A stretch of DNA of 64,000 bases from an uncultured Bacteroidota bacterium (GTDB lineage Bacteria > Bacteroidota > Bacteroidia > Bacteroidales > B18-G4), in the NCBI GenBank assembly GCA_963793485.1, contig CAWCAB010000003.1:672139-736138 (forward strand), written 5' to 3'. The notes under the pieces are model-generated. The model was not told the origin of the DNA. It searched no databases and saw only the letters and a list, made by a program, of their open reading frames with translations. Position 1 is the first letter of the stretch; each line of letters opens with the position of its first letter. Below, piece by piece: positions 9,544 through 18,493 of this stretch. The translations under genes and the position numbers were made by a program.

Positions 9544-10931
9544 CTGATTCTTTTACTATAGGCTTTCGCTTTATCAATCATCTGATCCCTGATAAAGGGG
9601 TATTCCAATGATACATCATTTTGTTCGCCAATATCTTCTTCAATATTGAATAACTGATAATGATCGAGGGGGCCAACGCCATAGGTGGCTTTAGTTGGCA
9701 GGCTCAGCTTCCAGTTTCCTTCACGATAGCTCATATGCAATCCCCGGGCTTCGTATCCTGAGAATTCAGTATGAGGTGCCAGTGCGTCTGCTGCCTGTGT
9801 CATTAATGGGTAGAGGTCTTTGCCGTCGATGGGCCTGTCGGAAGGGATCTCAGCACCTGCAAGCATTGCGAATGTTGTGAACAGGTCGAAGCCTGCTGTG
9901 ATGTATGGGCAAGTGCTGCCTGCAGGGATGGTTCCGGGCCATAACATGATGCATGCTACCCTTATTCCTCCATCATAACGCGACTGATATTTGCCCCCTC
10001 TCAGTACATGCCTGCGATTGGTATCCACTTTGGAAAAGTGACCATAACAGGCCTCCAGTTCAGGATATGGTACGATGAGCGGACCATTATCTGAACTGAA
10101 AACGATCAGGGTGTTTTCTGAAATGTCAAGTTCTCTTACAGTGCGGATAATAGCTCCCACAGACCGGTCCAGAAATTCAACGGCATCACCGAAGGGGCCT
10201 GCATCACTATAAGCTTCAAAGCCTTTAGGAACAAACCAGGGCGTATGAGTTTCAATATTTGAATACTGCAGGTAAAAAGGCTTGTTCTGTGCTGTCATCT
10301 CCCTTATATAGTCACAGCATATTTGCGTAAACAAAGACGGCAACTCAGCCAGTTCATTATTGTCCAGTTCGTCGATGATATCATAATCTTCTATAAGTGT
10401 GATGGGAGGGAAGCCCCTTGATCCTGTATTTGCCAGGCGTTCGGGTCCATGGTCGTTAGGATAAGGGATGCCAAAGAAATAATCAAAACCATGTTCTCCC
10501 GGCAGAAATTCGGGCAAATGTCCGAGGTGCCACTTGCCAATAAGAGCCGTGGCATATCCTTGCTCTTTAAGCAATTCTGTGATCGTTATTTCCAGCTCGG
10601 TATCCAACCCTATCTCTGAATCAGGGAAAAGGACCGGTAAGCCTGTGCCATTATTTACACGAGGTGCATAGCGGCCTGTCAGTATAGCTGCCCTGGTCGG
10701 CGTACAGGTCCCATGGGGTGCGTAAAAATCAGTGAACTTCATGCCTCCGGCAGCCATCCTGTCGAGGTTTGGTGTTTTTATGTCTTTCGATCCGAAACAA
10801 CTTAAGTCATCGTATCCCACATCATCGGCCAGGATATGAATGATATTTGGTTTGATGACAGCCTCCTGAGCAAAGGCACTGGAGAGTAAGAATGAGATGA
10901 TCAACAGGATAGAAACGTATCTGGAAAGCAT
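9531..10931 (-). CDS. sulfatase (arylsulfatase A family)
   Basis: 466 aa with a signal peptide. Metal-binding N-terminus HILADDVGYDD and active-site signature CTPTRAAILTGRY. Confidence 0.9.
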   Translation of the reverse strand: MLSRYVSILLIISFLLSSAFAQEAVIKPNIIHILADDVGYDDLSCFGSKDIKTPNLDRMAAGGMKFTDFYAPHGTCTPTRAAILTGRYAPRVNNGTGLPVLFPDSEIGLDTELEITITELLKEQGYATALIGKWHLGHLPEFLPGEHGFDYFFGIPYPNDHGPERLANTGSRGFPPITLIEDYDIIDELDNNELAELPSLFTQICCDYIREMTAQNKPFYLQYSNIETHTPWFVPKGFEAYSDAGPFGDAVEFLDRSVGAIIRTVRELDISENTLIVFSSDNGPLIVPYPELEACYGHFSKVDTNRRHVLRGGKYQSRYDGGIRVACIMLWPGTIPAGSTCPYITAGFDLFTTFAMLAGAEIPSDRPIDGKDLYPLMTQAADALAPHTEFSGYEARGLHMSYREGNWKLSLPTKATYGVGPLDHYQLFNIEEDIGEQNDVSLEYPFIRDQMIDKAKAYSKRIRSIE

Positions 10932-10942
10932 TGGCTAAAGCT

Positions 10943-11671
10943 TTAATTTTTAGGTTTGCGAACAGTATATATCGCGGCAGATCCACCCATTAAGGGGTAG
11001 TGATTAAAATCATTAAAACCGCTGCCTTCGAGTAGTTGTTTTACCTCTTCAGGGCTATAATAATTCCTGGCGGATACGGCCAGATAATGATAGGCTTTTC
11101 GATGTCCAGACATGAGACCGCCAAGCCATTGTACCCATACTTTAAGATAGATCCGGAATCCAAATTTCATGATAATATTCTTTGGCTGGCTGGATTCTGC
11201 AATGATAAAGATCCCTCCGGGCTTCAGGGTACGCAGTATCTCCGAAAGGTATTGCCCGGCAAACTTATTCTTATATGTCAGGTTGCGAAAAGCAAAACCG
11301 ATGGTGGTCACGTTGAAATGATCTTTCTCAAATGGCAGATCAGCCGTGTCGGCGAGGACAAAGCTCGGCTTGTTACCATTTAATTTTTGTGCTTTTTCGG
11401 CGGCAACATCCAGCATAGGCTGGCTAAAGTCGCTGGCGGTGATCTCAATATTCTTATCAGCCATACGCGCGACACGAATTGCCAGGTCAGCGGTACCGGT
11501 ACAAATGTCTAATACTCTGTCAGGTTCCTCATGCAGGCATAGCTTCGTTGCCTTTTTTCGCCATCGCTCATCCTGTCCCAGGGTGACGATCCGATTCATA
11601 ATGTCATACCTGTCAGGGACCTCATTAAACATCCTGAATAAAGGCCTCCTGGCCGCTGCTTCCCTGTCCAT
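10943..11671 (-). CDS. ubiE: demethylmenaquinone / ubiquinone-type C-methyltransferase (UbiE/MenG family)
   Basis: 242 aa with the UbiE/COQ5 pattern (FNEVPDRYDIMNRIVTLGQDERWRK) and SAM motif VLDICTGTADLA..LKPGGIFIIAE. Confidence 0.8.
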   Translation of the reverse strand: MDREAAARRPLFRMFNEVPDRYDIMNRIVTLGQDERWRKKATKLCLHEEPDRVLDICTGTADLAIRVARMADKNIEITASDFSQPMLDVAAEKAQKLNGNKPSFVLADTADLPFEKDHFNVTTIGFAFRNLTYKNKFAGQYLSEILRTLKPGGIFIIAESSQPKNIIMKFGFRIYLKVWVQWLGGLMSGHRKAYHYLAVSARNYYSPEEVKQLLEGSGFNDFNHYPLMGGSAAIYTVRKPKN

Positions 11672-11682
11672 AAAGTTTTGAG

Positions 11683-11711
11683 TGTTGGGCCCCTCGACTT
11701 CGCTCGGGACA
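11683..11711. repeat. REP-like element GTGTTGGGCCCCTCGACTTCGCTCGGGACA
   Basis: A near-identical copy lies at 39501-39530. Both sit 12-22 nt upstream of a minus-strand start codon. Confidence 0.7.
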
Positions 11712-11726
11712 AGTTGTTGTGTTATG

Positions 11727-11757
11727 TTCGTTCTTCGTTCTTCGTTCTTCGTTATTC
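11727..11757. repeat. heptamer array (TTCGTTC)n
   Basis: TTCGTTC x3 then TTCGTTA. It overlaps the stop of the 11752-12441 gene. Confidence 0.85.
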
Positions 11758-12441
11758 AATATAGCCTCTAACCCCTACCACAAACGACAATACCTGTGAT
11801 GTTCCATCTATATCTGTATCCTGATAATATCCGCCCTGATTGATATTGTCGCCCAGTCCGAAATTATATCTGACATCAAAAAAGGTAGCTCCTTGATTGT
11901 CGGCGAAAGGAATTTCCGCTCCCAGGCCGAGTTTGATCCCGAAAGCTGTAGAGTTATAAGTGTCAGTTATTTTGTTATCGATGGTACCCTGTTCTCCATT
12001 TGAATAAGAATCGCCCACAACCCTCCCCCCGGTCAGGAAGGCGAAGCTGGGCCCAAGCAGGCCGTAAATATTAAAGGTTTCTTTTTCAATGAAATTATAC
12101 CTGAAAAGCAAAGGGATTTCAAAGTAGTGTGCACGAAGCGTCAGATCGGTGCCATTGGTTTTATCCCCTTCCTTATATTTGAATCCTCGTTGGTCGAAGT
12201 TCATCCCGATTTGCAGAGAGAAACGCCTGTTAAACCCATATTCGGCGAACAGGCCAACATTGTATGTCAGCCTTTTGCCAAAATCACCATCGAGGGGTTC
12301 CCCGCTTACTTTTGGGGTACTGATCCAGGCCAGGTTTAATCCGCCTGCTAATCCAAAATTCCAGCCTTCCTGGGCTTGTGATGACAGCTGAATGGCCATA
12401 AAGAAGGTGATAATTGCAAGTATTTTAGGAATGATTTTCAT
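11752..12441 (-). CDS. outer-membrane beta-barrel protein (porin-family-like)
   Basis: ORF 11752-12630, with the start moved to MKIIPKILAIITFFMAIQLSSQAQ (12441). The longer form would overlap the divergent gene. Gly/aromatic-rich strand pattern. Confidence 0.65.
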   Translation of the reverse strand: MKIIPKILAIITFFMAIQLSSQAQEGWNFGLAGGLNLAWISTPKVSGEPLDGDFGKRLTYNVGLFAEYGFNRRFSLQIGMNFDQRGFKYKEGDKTNGTDLTLRAHYFEIPLLFRYNFIEKETFNIYGLLGPSFAFLTGGRVVGDSYSNGEQGTIDNKITDTYNSTAFGIKLGLGAEIPFADNQGATFFDVRYNFGLGDNINQGGYYQDTDIDGTSQVLSFVVGVRGYIE

Positions 12442-12468
12442 ATTTATGTGTTTATGGCAAAGATAATT

Positions 12469-12476
12469 TATATTTG
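12469..12476 (+). promoter_or_regulatory. Bacteroidota-type -7 box (TAnnTTTG)
   Basis: TATATTTG lies 6 nt upstream of the ATG at 12482. Confidence 0.4.
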
Positions 12477-12481
12477 TTTTA

Positions 12482-13714
12482 ATGATTGAAACGGATGTAT
12501 GTATCATTGGAGCCGGCCCGGCAGGGGCTATGGCAGCATTGAGACTTGACAAGGATAATATCCCTTTTGTGATCCTTGATAAAGATGAGTTCCCCAGGCA
12601 AAAGATATGTGGAGATGCACTCAGCGGCAAGGTTCCTCATATCATCCGTAGACTTTCACCTGAGATGCTTGAACGCTTTGAAGAAAGCTGTGATCCGCTT
12701 CACTCTTATGGTATCCGCTTCATTGCCCCGGGTAATCATGTCTTTGATGTCCCATTCATAGAAGATTTTGATCCGGAAAAACATCCGGTTCCCGGCTATA
12801 CAGTGAAACGGGACTTACTCGATGCCTTTATGGTTGGGGAAGTGCGGAAAGTGGCCGGCGACCGGCTGATGCTCAATAGAATAGTTGAATCGGTCGATAG
12901 GGTAGGAGACGGCTTTCTGATTGAAACCACTGCGGAGAAAATTCATGTTAAATTACTGATTGATGCCTCCGGGACGTCATCAAATTTCAGTGTCAGCTAT
13001 CATAAACCTGATCCACAGCCAAATAAGACTGCCCTGGCTGTTCGTACATATTATAAGGGTGTTACATCCCTTCATCCCGGGAACTTTATAGAATTATATT
13101 TCCTTGAGGATATCCTGCCGGGATATTTCTGGCTGTTTCCCCTGCCGGATGGCATTGTTAATGTAGGTGTCGGGATCCGGAAAGATGTGGTGCTGAAGAA
13201 GAAGATCAATTTATCAGCGGTGATGGATGAAATTATTAATAAGCATCCCCTGGTGGCACCCAGGTTCACTGATGCAGAGATGCTGGGAAAACCGGCAGCA
13301 TGCCCACTTCCATTGGGTAATCCCCGATTCAGGATCTCCGGGCAAGCGTATATGCTGGCCGGTGATGCGGCCCACCTTGTCGATCCCCTTACCGGTGAAG
13401 GTGTTGGAAATGCACTATATAGTGGATATATTGCTGCCGAACAGGCCATCGACTGCCTGAGGGAAGATCGCTTTGATGAAGGTTTTATGAAATCGTATGA
13501 TTTACGTATCAAGCGCGTCCTTGGGAAGGAAATGAGCATAAGCAGCAACTTTCAGCGCATGCTGAAATATCCTCGCGTGGTAAAATGGATCGCAAAAAAA
13601 GCTGATGGCAACAAGCACATCCCAGGGCTTATGTCGTCCATGTTCACAGATTTGGATCACAGGAAAAAATTATTGAATCCCCTTTTTATCTTAAGAGTGT
13701 TATTGAATCGCTAA
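12482..13714 (+). CDS. geranylgeranyl reductase family FAD-dependent oxidoreductase
   Basis: 410 aa with FAD motif DVCIIGAGPAGAMAA and family pattern ..CGDALS.., ..MLAGDAAHLVDPLTGEGVGNAL.. Confidence 0.85.
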   Translation: MIETDVCIIGAGPAGAMAALRLDKDNIPFVILDKDEFPRQKICGDALSGKVPHIIRRLSPEMLERFEESCDPLHSYGIRFIAPGNHVFDVPFIEDFDPEKHPVPGYTVKRDLLDAFMVGEVRKVAGDRLMLNRIVESVDRVGDGFLIETTAEKIHVKLLIDASGTSSNFSVSYHKPDPQPNKTALAVRTYYKGVTSLHPGNFIELYFLEDILPGYFWLFPLPDGIVNVGVGIRKDVVLKKKINLSAVMDEIINKHPLVAPRFTDAEMLGKPAACPLPLGNPRFRISGQAYMLAGDAAHLVDPLTGEGVGNALYSGYIAAEQAIDCLREDRFDEGFMKSYDLRIKRVLGKEMSISSNFQRMLKYPRVVKWIAKKADGNKHIPGLMSSMFTDLDHRKKLLNPLFILRVLLNR

Positions 13715-13722
13715 TAAAACTG

Positions 13723-13827
13723 TTTGGAGCTTGGAGCTTGGAACTTATCAACGCTCGGCTTATTGAAGTTTCATCCGTATAGATCCACCACCTACAGCCC
13801 AACGCCCAAAGCCTAACGCCAACGCCT
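13723..13827. repeat. heptamer tracts at both ends of a convergent spacer
   Basis: TTTGGAG CTTGGAG CTTGGAA at 13723-13743 and CAACGCC CAAAGCC TAACGCC AACGCCT at 13800-13827. The middle is degenerate. Confidence 0.7.
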
Positions 13828-15217
13828 AATACCCCAATCTCAGTTTGGCTTCATCCTGATCCACTTTACTCCTTTGAAACGGGTGCGCTTCTGTATTAAA
13901 TATGTGGTCTTCAAAATCGAATGTGTCATCTTCATAAGAGAAAATGAGAAAGAAGTACTTCAGGGTTTCTGCAATGAAATATGTGGCCATGTAATCTTTC
14001 TGTTCCATGGTTTCCACATCTTCTACGGCAGTAAAGGCCAGGTCTGTTCGGCAATATTTATTAATGTCGGACCAGTATTGCTTTGCCATCTCCAGGTACT
14101 TTTTATCACCGGTGAAATGGTAGAGATAATAGGCTGATTCTATAATTTCCGGGTTCAGGTCGTATACCGGGTAATTGGCAGTCCCTTTTTTATAGTCATA
14201 AACAGTTGGCTCCAGGCCATACTTATTCCATACCCAGTCCCAGGTTTCCTGCAGTTTTTCTGCACGTTTTATATCTCCTGACAGAGAGAGTATGGCAGGA
14301 AAAAAGGCATCGTAAAGTGTGATCACCGAGCTGTTTAGCTCTCCGCTGTACATATTGCAGCGCCCATACCAGAGTTTGCCATCATATTTTTCTGCTATAT
14401 ATTTATTTATCGGGCCAATGCTCATATCCCAGATCTCACCCAGTTCGGGATCCCCGAACATCAGGTAGCTCTTATACAGGTATTCGTAGTATGAGTCCAC
14501 GCCAGCGCATATGTGACTGCTCTCCGAAACCCATACTCCGCTATTCACATCGATCACATCCCCGATCAAACCTATCTCTGACCTGCGGTCGAAGATGGCC
14601 TTGGTGGCTTTTTTCCCTGCCTGGTAATATTTAGGGTCACCGGTATAATAACTTAGCATGCCCATCTCAAATGTGTATGATCCGGCTTCGGCAACATTTA
14701 CGGTGTCTCCGCGAGTTTCTCCGGTTCGCAGGTTTACCCAGTAAGTAGGGATCCCGGTTTCTGTGTTAAATGCGGGCAGCATGCGATCGGCAAAATCGAC
14801 CGTCCTGGCAAGGATTTGTTCATTGCCAGAATACTCATACATAGATAAGAGCCCGCCCAGAATCCTTATGTTGACTTCGAATATTTTGACATAAATGTCC
14901 TTGTCAAAGTCAACCTCAGCAATTACATAATTTTCTATCTCCTTCGCGTAGTCTTCCAAACCAAGCACTTTCATGGTGCTGTATGCATCTATGGGGGAGA
15001 TGTAGAGGGATTCACTATACCAATCGTGGTATTCTCCGCTTAATGGTTTCAGTACATCATGACCCCATGCATATTTTTTATAGGATTCCCAGGTCCGATT
15101 GGTCTCGAATACCACCTCAGTGGCCAGGTCAGCTGTTTCAGCATGCTTCAATTCATTTTGTGACCTGCACGGACTTAAGATAGCAAGGGTAAAAATAATC
15201 AGGATTAATTTTTTCAT
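13826..15217 (-). CDS. glycoside hydrolase family 47 (class I alpha-1,2-mannosidase-like)
   Basis: 463 aa with a signal peptide. GH47-like blocks are FEVNIRILGGLLSMYEY, AEAGSYTFEMGMLSYYTGD, VDSYYEYLYK and YDLNPEIIESAYYLYHFTGD. Confidence 0.8.
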   Translation of the reverse strand: MKKLILIIFTLAILSPCRSQNELKHAETADLATEVVFETNRTWESYKKYAWGHDVLKPLSGEYHDWYSESLYISPIDAYSTMKVLGLEDYAKEIENYVIAEVDFDKDIYVKIFEVNIRILGGLLSMYEYSGNEQILARTVDFADRMLPAFNTETGIPTYWVNLRTGETRGDTVNVAEAGSYTFEMGMLSYYTGDPKYYQAGKKATKAIFDRRSEIGLIGDVIDVNSGVWVSESSHICAGVDSYYEYLYKSYLMFGDPELGEIWDMSIGPINKYIAEKYDGKLWYGRCNMYSGELNSSVITLYDAFFPAILSLSGDIKRAEKLQETWDWVWNKYGLEPTVYDYKKGTANYPVYDLNPEIIESAYYLYHFTGDKKYLEMAKQYWSDINKYCRTDLAFTAVEDVETMEQKDYMATYFIAETLKYFFLIFSYEDDTFDFEDHIFNTEAHPFQRSKVDQDEAKLRLGY

Positions 15218-15257
15218 CTGCTTTAGATTAGTATTACAAATATCATAAAATAATCAA

Positions 15258-15327
15258 CACAGCTCCCAGCTATCAGCTCCCAGCCCACAGCCTACTGTCA
15301 ACTGTCAACTGTCAACCGTCAACTGAA
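15258..15327. repeat. heptamer array, 10 units
   Basis: CACAGCT CCCAGCT ATCAGCT CCCAGCC CACAGCC TACTGTC AACTGTC AACTGTC AACCGTC AACTGAA. Confidence 0.85.
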
Positions 15328-15482
15328 ATGTCCGCCCCCGTACACCAGCTGTCCCCCACAGAACACAATTGCCGGGCAGAAGGATGGAGTAGAAATGTAA
15401 GGCATTTTAAACTAGGATGTTATGCAAAATGGCATGGATTTAGAAAGAGGGTATAACATTGCACAATGTAACAAAGACCAGT

Positions 15483-17888
15483 ATGTTTAATAGTTATTTT
15501 AATTCCACTTTCAGAAGTCTCTGGAAAAACAGGCTTTACACTTTTATCAATATATTCGGGCTGGCTGTAGGCCTTGCCGGCTTCATGCTGATCATGATCT
15601 ATATCAGCGGAGAACTGAGCTATGACAAGCATCACAAAGATTCTAAGCGTATCTATCGGGTGGCTATGGACCTTGAAATGTCGGGAAATATCACCAAAGC
15701 AGCTGTAAGTGGAGGTATGCTGGGCATCCTCATGCATGATGAACTTAAGGAGGTGGAAGCCTATACCAGGATGGTGCATTATCCCCGTTCGGTATTGTTT
15801 AGTTACGAGGATCAAAAAATATATTTTGATGATATCCTTTATGCTGATTCATCTTTTTTTGAGTTTTTTAATTACGAAACCTATGCCGGCGATCCGGCCG
15901 ATGCACTGCGAGAGCCTTATTCTCTCGTACTCACTAGGTCAGGAGCAGAACGTATTTTTGGTTCTGAAGACCCTATAGGGAAATCCATCCTTTGGAACGG
16001 CAAGGACACATATATCGTCAGGGCATTGATAGAAGATCCTGTTCAGGCATCTCACATTCATTTCGAGGCACTTGTCTCATTCTCTACACTTGAAAGTATA
16101 GAGCCCTACAAGACTTACATCAATACCTTATATGCATTTGTAACTTTCAATTATGTGAGGTTATATGAGGGCTTTGGCCCGGAGGATGTTAAGGCGCCGC
16201 TGGATTCACTGGTCATGCGTCATATGGGTGAGCGCATGAAAGACAGCGGAGCCGGATTCAGCTTTTATCTTCAGCCTGTTCGTGACATATACCTGCACTC
16301 TCACCTGCGACATGAATTCAAAGCCAATGGGAATATAAGTAACCTGTATATATTTTCTGCCATTGCCATATTTATATTACTTATTGCATGCATAAATTTT
16401 ATTACGCTTTCCACGGCCCGCTCGGTGAAAAGATCCCTTGAGGTAGGGGTGAGGAAAGTGTTTGGTGCTGAAAAAAGGAATCTGATATTGCAGTTCCTGT
16501 TCGAATCTATGGTCATGGCATTCATCAGTATGCTTTTTGCCATTGCTCTTGTTGAATTTATGGAACCCTCGATAGAACAGTTGTCGGGTGCCGCCATATC
16601 GATTAGGATGGGCGATATCCGTCATTACTTGCTGATGCTCGTCGGTCTAACAGCCCTGGTTGGACTGCTCTCGGGATTATATCCTGCTTTTGTGATTTCT
16701 GCCTACAGTCCACTGGGCATCATACAGAAAAGAATATCGGCAGGCTATAGATCATCATGGTTCAGGAATTCTATGGTTGTCCTTCAATTTCTGATCACAA
16801 TCTTTTTGGTTAGTGGCACCATGATCATTTACATGCAACTAAATTTTATCAAGAATAAAGATACCGGGATCTCCCTGGAGGATCGCATTATTGTTCCCCT
16901 TCGGGGAAGTGCTATGATCAATAAGTATGAGGATGTCAAGACAGGCTTCTTACAGGTCAAGGGTGTTGAGGCAGTCACAGCCTCCTCAACCTATCCCGGG
17001 AAGTTTCGGCAAAGGGCAGGATTTTATCCTGAAGGCTCATCGCGCAATGATATGTGGATGTTACAGAATGTACAAGTTGATCATAACTATTTTGACGTGA
17101 TGGATGTCGATCTGGTAGAAGGTCGTGGATTCAGCGAAAATCCTGATATAGATAGTCTCAATGTGATTGTGAATGAAGCCCTGGTAGCTGAAGCAGGTTG
17201 GGAAAACCCCATTGGAAAGTTTGTGGGGATCCCGATGGGGGAGGAAAGCGCCGATATTAAGTTAAACGTGATCGGGGTGGTGAGTGACTTCAATTATGCC
17301 TCCCTGCATGAAAGTGTCAAGCCTCTATTGATCATGCATGATCCGCAACGCCTGTCGAACATCACGGTCAAGATTAGCCCAGCCGGATTTACTTCCAGCA
17401 TAAATGACCTGGAACAGGAATGGGATAGATTTTTCCCGGCTCAGCCATTCACTTTCCTGGTTCTGGAAGATGATTTTGCCCAACTGTATAAAGCCGATAT
17501 TCGCCTTTCAGAAGTCTTCATCTGGTTTACACTCCTGGCCATATTTATTGCTTGTATGGGATTGTTTGGCTTATCGTCCTTTATCACATCTCAGCGTACC
17601 AGGGAGATCGGGATCAGAAAGGTTCTGGGGTCGTCGGTAGGACAGATCATTTATATGTTCATACGCTCATTTGCTATCCTGGTGCTGATATCTGCCGTGT
17701 TGGCCGTTCCTCTATCGTGGTATGGCATGCATGAGTGGCTGCAAAACTTTGCCCATCAAACCCCGATGCACTGGTGGATATTCCCTGCAGCAGCTATACT
17801 GGCCCTGCTGGTATCTGCTGCAACAGTATTTCTGCAGTCGTTCAGGGCAGCCAGCAAAAACCCGGTTGATGCTATCCATTGGGAATAA
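15483..17888 (+). CDS. ABC transporter permease, FtsX/MacB-like (paralog of 7045-9399)
   Basis: ORF 15459-17888, with the start probably at MFNSYFNSTFRSLWKNRLYT (15483). Two FtsX modules (..STARSVKRSLEVGVRKVFGA.., ..TSQRTREIGIRKVLGS..). Confidence 0.85.
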   Translation: MFNSYFNSTFRSLWKNRLYTFINIFGLAVGLAGFMLIMIYISGELSYDKHHKDSKRIYRVAMDLEMSGNITKAAVSGGMLGILMHDELKEVEAYTRMVHYPRSVLFSYEDQKIYFDDILYADSSFFEFFNYETYAGDPADALREPYSLVLTRSGAERIFGSEDPIGKSILWNGKDTYIVRALIEDPVQASHIHFEALVSFSTLESIEPYKTYINTLYAFVTFNYVRLYEGFGPEDVKAPLDSLVMRHMGERMKDSGAGFSFYLQPVRDIYLHSHLRHEFKANGNISNLYIFSAIAIFILLIACINFITLSTARSVKRSLEVGVRKVFGAEKRNLILQFLFESMVMAFISMLFAIALVEFMEPSIEQLSGAAISIRMGDIRHYLLMLVGLTALVGLLSGLYPAFVISAYSPLGIIQKRISAGYRSSWFRNSMVVLQFLITIFLVSGTMIIYMQLNFIKNKDTGISLEDRIIVPLRGSAMINKYEDVKTGFLQVKGVEAVTASSTYPGKFRQRAGFYPEGSSRNDMWMLQNVQVDHNYFDVMDVDLVEGRGFSENPDIDSLNVIVNEALVAEAGWENPIGKFVGIPMGEESADIKLNVIGVVSDFNYASLHESVKPLLIMHDPQRLSNITVKISPAGFTSSINDLEQEWDRFFPAQPFTFLVLEDDFAQLYKADIRLSEVFIWFTLLAIFIACMGLFGLSSFITSQRTREIGIRKVLGSSVGQIIYMFIRSFAILVLISAVLAVPLSWYGMHEWLQNFAHQTPMHWWIFPAAAILALLVSAATVFLQSFRAASKNPVDAIHWE

Positions 17889-18035
17889 GATGATGGGTTG
17901 TTGACACTGGTTGCTGGTTACTGGATACTGGACACTGGATCCTGGATCCTGGATCCTGGTTGCTCGTTACTCGTTACTCGTTACTCGATACTTGATACTC
18001 AATACTCAATACTCAATACTCAATACTCATTTCTC
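17889..18035. repeat. heptamer array, 21 units, forming the entire 147-nt spacer
   Basis: ATGATGG GTTGTTG ACACTGG TTGCTGG TTACTGG ATACTGG ACACTGG ATCCTGG x3 TTGCTCG TTACTCG x3 ATACTTG ATACTCA x5 TTTCTCT (phase 17890-18036). Confidence 0.9.
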
Positions 18036-18374
18036 TCACCCCAGCCTGCTTCCCAACTCGGCTTCCTGTTCGGGAACTGCAAGTATAACGCTTCCGTCCT
18101 GCTGGTAGAATCCTGTAAGCAGGAATTCCGACATAAATGGGCCAATCTGTTTCACAGGAAAATTTATCACTCCCATGATCTGTTTGCCCAGCAGATCCTC
18201 TCTTGTGTAATGGTCTGTAATCTGTGCACTTGACTTTTTGATCCCTATTTCAGGCCCAAAATCTGCGCTGACGATGTAGGCCGGCTTCCTGGCTTCAGGA
18301 AAATCTTTTACCTCGATTATTTTTCCAAGCCTTAGCTCTATCTTTTCGAAATCATTCCAGGAAATCTCTTGCAT
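18036..18374 (-). CDS. csaA: tRNA-binding protein (CsaA/EMAP OB-fold)
   Basis: ORF 18036-18434, with the start moved to [22 protein letters not shown] (18374). The CsaA-type pattern continues to ..FLLTGF. Confidence 0.8.
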   Translation of the reverse strand: MQEISWNDFEKIELRLGKIIEVKDFPEARKPAYIVSADFGPEIGIKKSSAQITDHYTREDLLGKQIMGVINFPVKQIGPFMSEFLLTGFYQQDGSVILAVPEQEAELGSRLG

Positions 18375-18493
18375 ATGATTTTCATTTTTAAGTAATAAAA
18401 ATAGTATATGTATATCAAAATAAAACAAAAACAATGATCAAAATTGCAACCCTTGCTTATTAATTTGTCATTAATAGCAAACGATGTCAATTT

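Noticed and set aside
17889-18035. Heptamer/9-mer arrays as CRISPR arrays
   Set aside because: The units are contiguous 7-9 nt with no unique spacers of about 30 nt. There are no cas genes in the window.
17898-18233. ORFs 17898-18233 and 17911-18108 (WILDTGSWILDPG.., LLVTRYSLLVTRY..)
   Set aside because: They are translations of the heptamer array. They run antisense into the well-supported csaA-like gene and have low-complexity periodic peptides.
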